Origin: Candidatus Saccharimonadota bacterium
Lineage (GTDB): Bacteria > Pseudomonadota > Gammaproteobacteria > Enterobacterales > Enterobacteriaceae
DNA length: 32,000 nt
Direction of reading: 5' to 3'
Assembly (NCBI RefSeq): GCF_014857065.1
Contig: NZ_CP046533.1
Coordinates: 90,001-122,000 of the forward strand
Shown: one piece after another, positions 27,018-32,000 of the stretch
How the letters are laid out: each line of letters opens with the position of its first letter
How positions within the stretch are numbered: position 1 is the stretch's first letter
Position numbers and translations under genes: made by a program
The notes under the pieces: model-generated
Told to the model about the DNA's origin: nothing
The model's input: the letters and a program-made list of their open reading frames with translations, nothing else
The model's database searches: none

Positions 27018-28331
27018 TCATAAAAATGGTGACCAAGCAGGAAATCTAACATCTTCATTTTTGTTAATTGTAGGCAAATAAGCTTTAAATATTCCATCAA
27101 TTGAAACTAACTGTAATGAATATATCTCACCATTCTGCATAGCGCTATAGATAATCATGAAGCCATTAGGAGAAATACTAGGAGTCTCATCCAATAATGT
27201 ATTTGTTAATATTTGTGTTACCCCTGTAGTTAAATTTAACCTAGCCACATGTTGCATGTTATCATTGTTCTTATTAATTAAGATTAAAAATTTACCATCC
27301 ATACTAACGATGGCATTTTGATTACTAATACCTGACCAAGATAATCTCTGGGAATTTCCTCCATTGGCATTAATTTTATATATTTGAGGATTTCCTCCTT
27401 GATCAGAAGTATAAACTAAATTTTGGCCATCTGGAAACCAACTAGGTTCAGTACTATTGTTGCGACTATTTGTAATTTGATGAATGTTTTTAGATATTAA
27501 ATCTATTATATAAATATTTAAACTTCCTGTGTTCGATGAAGCAAAAGCTAATTTCTTACCGTCAGGAGAAAAAGCAGGAGCACCATTATGCTGTGAAAAA
27601 TTCACTATTTGACGAATAATCCCATTACTCAAAGTATGTATCACAAGTACCGCATGTTTATTTACAAAAGTTACATACGCTAAATTATCACCATCTGCCG
27701 ACCAAGCCGGGGACATTAATGGTTCCAATGAGCGATTTATGACGACTGGATTATAACCGTCGTAATCTGCAACCCACAATTCATAAAGACATTGATTTTT
27801 TTTATTAATTCTTGCCACATAAGCAATCCGTGTACAAAAAGAACCTTGGATTCCTGTCAATTTTTTAAATACTTCATTACTAATAACATGTGCTACATGT
27901 CGTAACCATTCTTTATTTACATTATATTTATTACGTAAAAGGACCGTACTAGTTTGTCCTGCAATATCAATCAATTGATAAGCAATATCATAAGAATCAT
28001 TACCTTTTTTTTCTAATTGACCTATTATAATAGCATTAATATCTAATGACACCCAAAGAGCAGGCTGAACTTCGGAAGTATTGAATGGTTTTTGAGGTAG
28101 AAGAGACTCAGACAATACTTGAAACTTTCCAGTATTACAAAAATCATTACTAATGATTTTACTGATATCTTCTGGTTGTTCATCTATTCCTTTCCATTCA
28201 AAAGGCACGATCCCTATTGGATATGCTGAATTCACACCTTGTGTAATCTCGATATATACTTGCGCATATCCAAAATTTACATTATATATTAATAAAAACA
28301 AAACAACTAAAGATACTAATCTGAATTGCAT
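27018..28331 (-). CDS. tolB: Tol-Pal system periplasmic protein TolB
   Basis: 437 aa. Signal peptide, then repeated beta-propeller blades (SPAWSADG, APAFSPDGKKLAF, EPSWFPDGQNLVYTSD, PAWSPF). Colinear with E. coli TolB. Confidence 0.95.
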   Translation of the reverse strand: MQFRLVSLVVLFLLIYNVNFGYAQVYIEITQGVNSAYPIGIVPFEWKGIDEQPEDISKIISNDFCNTGKFQVLSESLLPQKPFNTSEVQPALWVSLDINAIIIGQLEKKGNDSYDIAYQLIDIAGQTSTVLLRNKYNVNKEWLRHVAHVISNEVFKKLTGIQGSFCTRIAYVARINKKNQCLYELWVADYDGYNPVVINRSLEPLMSPAWSADGDNLAYVTFVNKHAVLVIHTLSNGIIRQIVNFSQHNGAPAFSPDGKKLAFASSNTGSLNIYIIDLISKNIHQITNSRNNSTEPSWFPDGQNLVYTSDQGGNPQIYKINANGGNSQRLSWSGISNQNAIVSMDGKFLILINKNNDNMQHVARLNLTTGVTQILTNTLLDETPSISPNGFMIIYSAMQNGEIYSLQLVSIDGIFKAYLPTINKNEDVRFPAWSPFL

Positions 28332-28440
28332 ATTTCCAAAACTATTTTATAAAAAAATCATATCAATAATATTAAGTAATTGCTTTAGATTTATCAACTA
28401 AAACCTTAATGAAGTATCATATTTATCACCAACTTTAGAG

Positions 28441-29178
28441 TTATTTAGGTGAAAATCTAATTGTCGTATCTTGAAATAAAGTATAAATACGATGATTTGG
28501 TGGCTTAGGGATAATTGCTAATTTTGCTGCTAATATCGCGGATTGACACAAAGACGGATCACCAATAGCAGAAATTATATTAACTAACCTACCATCAGCT
28601 GTTATCTTGATTTGCAAATCGCAAGTTAAACCAATATAATTGGAAGCATTATAGAATTTATCACTGATAGCTTTATGTATTTTTTTTTTATATTCCGTGA
28701 CTAAATTACATTCTATGTTATTAAGACTTTTTTTTTCAGAGATATAAGAATTAGATCGCATGCCTTTATTGTTACTTAATTTATCCAATAAATCATCTAC
28801 GTCAAAATTTGTTTTTAAGTAATTATTTTCTTTTTTTGTAGTGTTTATTATGATTTTTTTAAGAACATTATCATCAACCTTTTTCCTTTTAAAATCTTGT
28901 ATTTGATCAAAACGATCGTTATTAACATTAACTAATTTTTTTTTCAAGATTCTAGATTTCTGTATACTTTGTTTATCATAATCATTATTACCAACCGTTT
29001 TAGGAAAATCTATCATATTGATATTTATCGATTCATTTATAATATAGTCGTTTATTTTTTTTGTATACTTTGAATGATTATAGCTTAAAAAAAACACTAA
29101 AAAAAAGTGTAATATAATTGATAAAATAATGGATATCCCAAATTGACTAACATATTTGTTAACAAATTTTAATGACAT
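28441..29178 (-). CDS. tolA: Tol-Pal system protein TolA (shortened central domain)
   Basis: 245 aa with an N-terminal TM helix (ISIILSIILHFFLVFFL). The C-terminal domain YKKKIHKAISDKFYNASNYIGLTCDLQIKITADGRLVNI...GDPSLCQSAILAAKLAIIPKPP matches E. coli TolA domain III. E. coli TolA is 421 aa, so the Lys/Ala/Glu-rich domain II is much shorter here. Confidence 0.88.
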   Translation of the reverse strand: MSLKFVNKYVSQFGISIILSIILHFFLVFFLSYNHSKYTKKINDYIINESININMIDFPKTVGNNDYDKQSIQKSRILKKKLVNVNNDRFDQIQDFKRKKVDDNVLKKIIINTTKKENNYLKTNFDVDDLLDKLSNNKGMRSNSYISEKKSLNNIECNLVTEYKKKIHKAISDKFYNASNYIGLTCDLQIKITADGRLVNIISAIGDPSLCQSAILAAKLAIIPKPPNHRIYTLFQDTTIRFSPK

Positions 29179-29237
29179 TAATTTTCTAACCTGTCAATAA
29201 GATAAAATTTAACTTAAAGATTCACATAAAATACCAT

Positions 29238-29666
29238 TCAGATAATCTTAGTCATCATACTAACTGATTTTATACCAGCTTTATGTAATAAATTTAATAT
29301 TTTTACAATTTCCTTATAGACTACATTTTTATCACCTCCTACCAAAAAGATTGTGTCAGAATTTGTATTGATTTCTTCACGCAACTTCGTGAAGATTTGT
29401 TCAGAGGATATTTTTTTTTCCTTTTTACCATTAATTATTAAATTATAATGTTCTCTTCCTAATACTTCAATGATTACAATAGAACTATCACTTGAATGAA
29501 TAATTTTTTTTGAATTTGTAGCAGTAGGTAATTCAACTTCAAGATTATGATTAAGAACTGACGGAACAATCATTAAAACAATTAATAAAACTAATAATAT
29601 ATCAAGAAGTGGTACAATGTTAATCTCAGATTTAATTTTTCTATACATCTGTCTTTGATAGTTCAT
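29238..29666 (-). CDS. tolR: Tol-Pal system protein TolR
   Basis: 142 aa, the same length as E. coli TolR. KSEINIVPLLDILLVLLIV at the same residue positions as E. coli KSEINIVPLLDVLLVLLLI. Overlaps the tolQ 3' end by 26 nt. An alternative ATG at 29648 would overlap by 8 nt. Confidence 0.92.
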   Translation of the reverse strand: MNYQRQMYRKIKSEINIVPLLDILLVLLIVLMIVPSVLNHNLEVELPTATNSKKIIHSSDSSIVIIEVLGREHYNLIINGKKEKKISSEQIFTKLREEINTNSDTIFLVGGDKNVVYKEIVKILNLLHKAGIKSVSMMTKII

Positions 29667-30369
29667 TTTTTACATCTTTTTTTACTTTTATTCTTAAAAT
29701 ACTGTAATTTTGTTTATACAAAATTTCAATAAATTCTTCCATAAAATTGTTATAAATTTTTTCAATTTTATTAATGCTAATATTAAGATGATTAAAAGCT
29801 ATAATTGCAGGAATTGAAGCAAATAAACCAATTGCAGTAGAAAATAATGCTTCAGCGATACCTGGTGCTATTATTTGTAAAGTAACATGTTGAATGTTGC
29901 CTAATTTATTAAAAGAATGAATTAACCCCCATATTGTACCTAGCAACCCAACATATGGACTTATAGAACCGATAGTTCCAAGAAAGGGTATATACCTATC
30001 CAATGTTTCTAATTCGAGGTCGATTGAAATACGTATAACACGTGAAGTACTATTAATTACCTGATCAAAGCTAATATTAGCTATACGTTCTAATCTAGAA
30101 AATTCTCTAAATCCAAAAAAAAATATTTTTTCTAAACCAATTAATTTACTTTTATATTTCAGAATATCTTGGTAAATTTTATTAATTTCTATACCTGACC
30201 AAAATTTAGTTTCAAATTTTTTGATTCTAACATTTAAACATTCAATAATAAATATTCGATGTATTATAATACTCCAAGATATAATTGAAAAACTAGCCAA
30301 TAACAATATGATCAATTTTACTATAAAACTGATTTTAATAAAGAAAGTTAGAATATTCCAATCAATCAT
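29641..30369 (-). CDS. tolQ: Tol-Pal system protein TolQ
   Basis: 242 aa. ...FWSGIE......IPFLGTIGSISPYVGLLGTIWGLIHSF......LQIIAPGIAEALFSTAIGLFASIPAIIAFN is colinear with E. coli TolQ (MotA/ExbB family). Confidence 0.94.
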   Translation of the reverse strand: MIDWNILTFFIKISFIVKLIILLLASFSIISWSIIIHRIFIIECLNVRIKKFETKFWSGIEINKIYQDILKYKSKLIGLEKIFFFGFREFSRLERIANISFDQVINSTSRVIRISIDLELETLDRYIPFLGTIGSISPYVGLLGTIWGLIHSFNKLGNIQHVTLQIIAPGIAEALFSTAIGLFASIPAIIAFNHLNISINKIEKIYNNFMEEFIEILYKQNYSILRIKVKKDVKNELSKTDV

Positions 30370-30525
30370 AAGATGTCATTTATTTCTTGAGTTTGCGCAA
30401 TTTTAATCAACTAAATTTCTTAAAATTAGATTTATTTAATTTATAAATTATGTTTTAAATTTAATATGTACTGTGTTTTTTTTAAATAATGATAAATAGA
30501 GAAATATGTTCTGTTAATAAACAAA

Positions 30526-30550
30526 TAAAACAACAAGACTCTTTGTTTTA
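30526..30550 (-). terminator. candidate intrinsic terminator downstream of sucD
   Basis: 8-bp stem TAAAACAA/TTGTTTTA with a 9-nt loop. On the minus strand it is followed by TTTGTTTATT. It lies 184 nt past the sucD stop, which is rather far. Confidence 0.3.
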
Positions 30551-30733
30551 AATATAAATAATAAAATAAATAATCTAAATTATAAAATTATTTGCACAAA
30601 ATCTAAAATATAAATTGATTCATCTTAATATTTGATATTTTAAAAGAAAAGACATGAAGCGAATCATATTCAATAAATTAATATCCAAATTATTAATTAA
30701 ATAATATTAAGATTCATAATCAACGGAAATTAC

Positions 30734-31609
30734 TTATTTAAAAGCAAAAAAACTTTTTACAGTTTTACCAATATCAAATAAATTATTTACAATTTTAACA
30801 CCTGCTTTTGATAATAAAGATACTTTTTTGTCTGCCATACCTTTATTCCCTGAAATAATAGCACCAGCATGTCCCATGCGTTTACCTTTAGGAGCGTTAA
30901 TCCCAGCAATATATCCAACCACTGGTTTATTAATAAATTTTTTAATATAAACTGCAGCTTCTTCTTCAAGTGAACCGCCTATTTCTCCGATCATTAGTAT
31001 TAAAGATGTTTTGGGATCTTGATTAAATAATTTTAAAATATCAACAAAATTTGATCCAAGTATAGGATCACCACCAATCCCCACGCAACTGGATTGTCCA
31101 CATCCAACGTCAGTAATTTGTTTTACTGCTTCATACGTCAAAGTACCAGAACGAGAAACAACACCAACTTGTCCTGGATAATGTATATCACTAGGCATAA
31201 TGCCAACTTTACTCTCACCTGGAGTTATTATACCAGGACAATTAGGACCAATCATACAAATATTATTCTGCTCTAATTTAGCTTTAATAATAACCATATC
31301 TAATATAGGAAGACCCTCGGTAATGCAAACAATTAATTTTATACCAGCATCAATTGCTTCCAAAACAGAATCTTTACAAAATTTTGCAGGCACATAAATA
31401 ACCGATGTAGTAGCTCCAGTATTAATTATAGCTTCATAAACGCTATTAAAAATTGGTAATCCAAGATGTTTTTTGTTACCTTTTCCTGGAGTGACGCCAC
31501 CTACAATTTTAGTTCCATATAACAAAGCTTGTTGAGAATGAAATGTGCCTTTTTTACCAGTAAAACCTTGACAAATCACTTTGGTATTTTTATCAATTAA
31601 AATTGACAT
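30734..31609 (-). CDS. sucD: succinyl-CoA synthetase alpha subunit
   Basis: 291 aa. [42 protein letters not shown], the phosphohistidine loop [10 protein letters not shown], and [10 protein letters not shown]. Near-colinear with E. coli SucD. Confidence 0.96.
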   Translation of the reverse strand: MSILIDKNTKVICQGFTGKKGTFHSQQALLYGTKIVGGVTPGKGNKKHLGLPIFNSVYEAIINTGATTSVIYVPAKFCKDSVLEAIDAGIKLIVCITEGLPILDMVIIKAKLEQNNICMIGPNCPGIITPGESKVGIMPSDIHYPGQVGVVSRSGTLTYEAVKQITDVGCGQSSCVGIGGDPILGSNFVDILKLFNQDPKTSLILMIGEIGGSLEEEAAVYIKKFINKPVVGYIAGINAPKGKRMGHAGAIISGNKGMADKKVSLLSKAGVKIVNNLFDIGKTVKSFFAFK

Positions 31610-31612
31610 TCA

Positions 31613-32000
31613 TTACCTCGCCATAATAACTGCCTGTTGAATTGCAATTGTTAGATCAGTAAAAGTATGTACGTTAATTATATTGCTACTAGTCAAACGA
31701 TCGTACCCAAACTTAGCATTATTTCCTTCTAATCTTATGGCAACAGGTATTGTAATTTTATTATCTATAAGAGCTGCAACAATGCCAGAAGCTACTAAGT
31801 CGCAACATACAATACCACCAAAAATATTAATCAAAATCGCTTTCACTTTTGGATCAGATACAACAATCCTAAAAGCTTCTGTTATGCGCTCTTTGTTAAT
31901 ATTACCACCGATATCCAAAAAATTCGCTGCTTCGCCACCATAAAGTTTAATCATATCTATGGTGCTCATTGCAAGACCAGCTCCATTAACCATACAACCA
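31613..32000 (-). CDS. sucC: succinyl-CoA synthetase beta subunit, C-terminal part (gene runs off the right edge)
   Basis: The frame is open to the window edge (..[32 protein letters not shown]....[30 protein letters not shown]), matching the E. coli SucC C-terminal domain. Its stop lies 3 nt before the sucD ATG. The Met at 31993 in the ORF track is internal. Confidence 0.93.
   Translation of the reverse strand, partial: GCMVNGAGLAMSTIDMIKLYGGEAANFLDIGGNINKERITEAFRIVVSDPKVKAILINIFGGIVCCDLVASGIVAALIDNKITIPVAIRLEGNNAKFGYDRLTSSNIINVHTFTDLTIAIQQAVIMAR

Overview
AT-rich (about three-quarters A+T by eye), tightly packed housekeeping region whose gene content and local gene order follow E. coli. 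This is typical of a reduced-genome, Enterobacterales-derived insect endosymbiont. A Blochmannia-like lineage is my inference, not something I could verify. I can support 33 protein genes (two cut by the window edges) and one tRNA. Left to right: grxD (partial), ribE, tRNA-Val(GAC), sufEDSCBA (complete suf operon, minus strand), lplA, pheT-pheS, rplT-rpmI-infC-thrS, kdsA, prmC-prfA, then ispE-prs-pth-ychF on the plus strand, then ybhL, pgl, gpmA(+), cpoB-pal-tolB-tolA-tolR-tolQ and sucD-sucC (partial). I found no mobile elements, CRISPR arrays, phage, toxin or defence genes, and no convincing novel multi-gene system. The unusual items are: (1) thrS encodes only the catalytic and anticodon-binding domains. 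The TGS and editing domains (about 238 aa) are missing, with no room or remnant upstream, and the gene sits at a synteny breakpoint. (2) There are three unrelated, perfectly base-paired long inverted repeats at gene boundaries, with arms of 27, 25 and 19 bp. This is far more than chance allows, even at this base composition. (3) A roughly 41% GC structured island lies in the otherwise very AT-rich gpmA/cpoB convergent spacer. (4) A Phe-rich mini-ORF sits where the pheM leader lies in E. coli. (5) infC keeps its ATT start, which the ORF track missed. Several ORF-track starts were corrected (sufD, prs, rpmI, infC). All short ORFs antisense to these genes were rejected as shadows.
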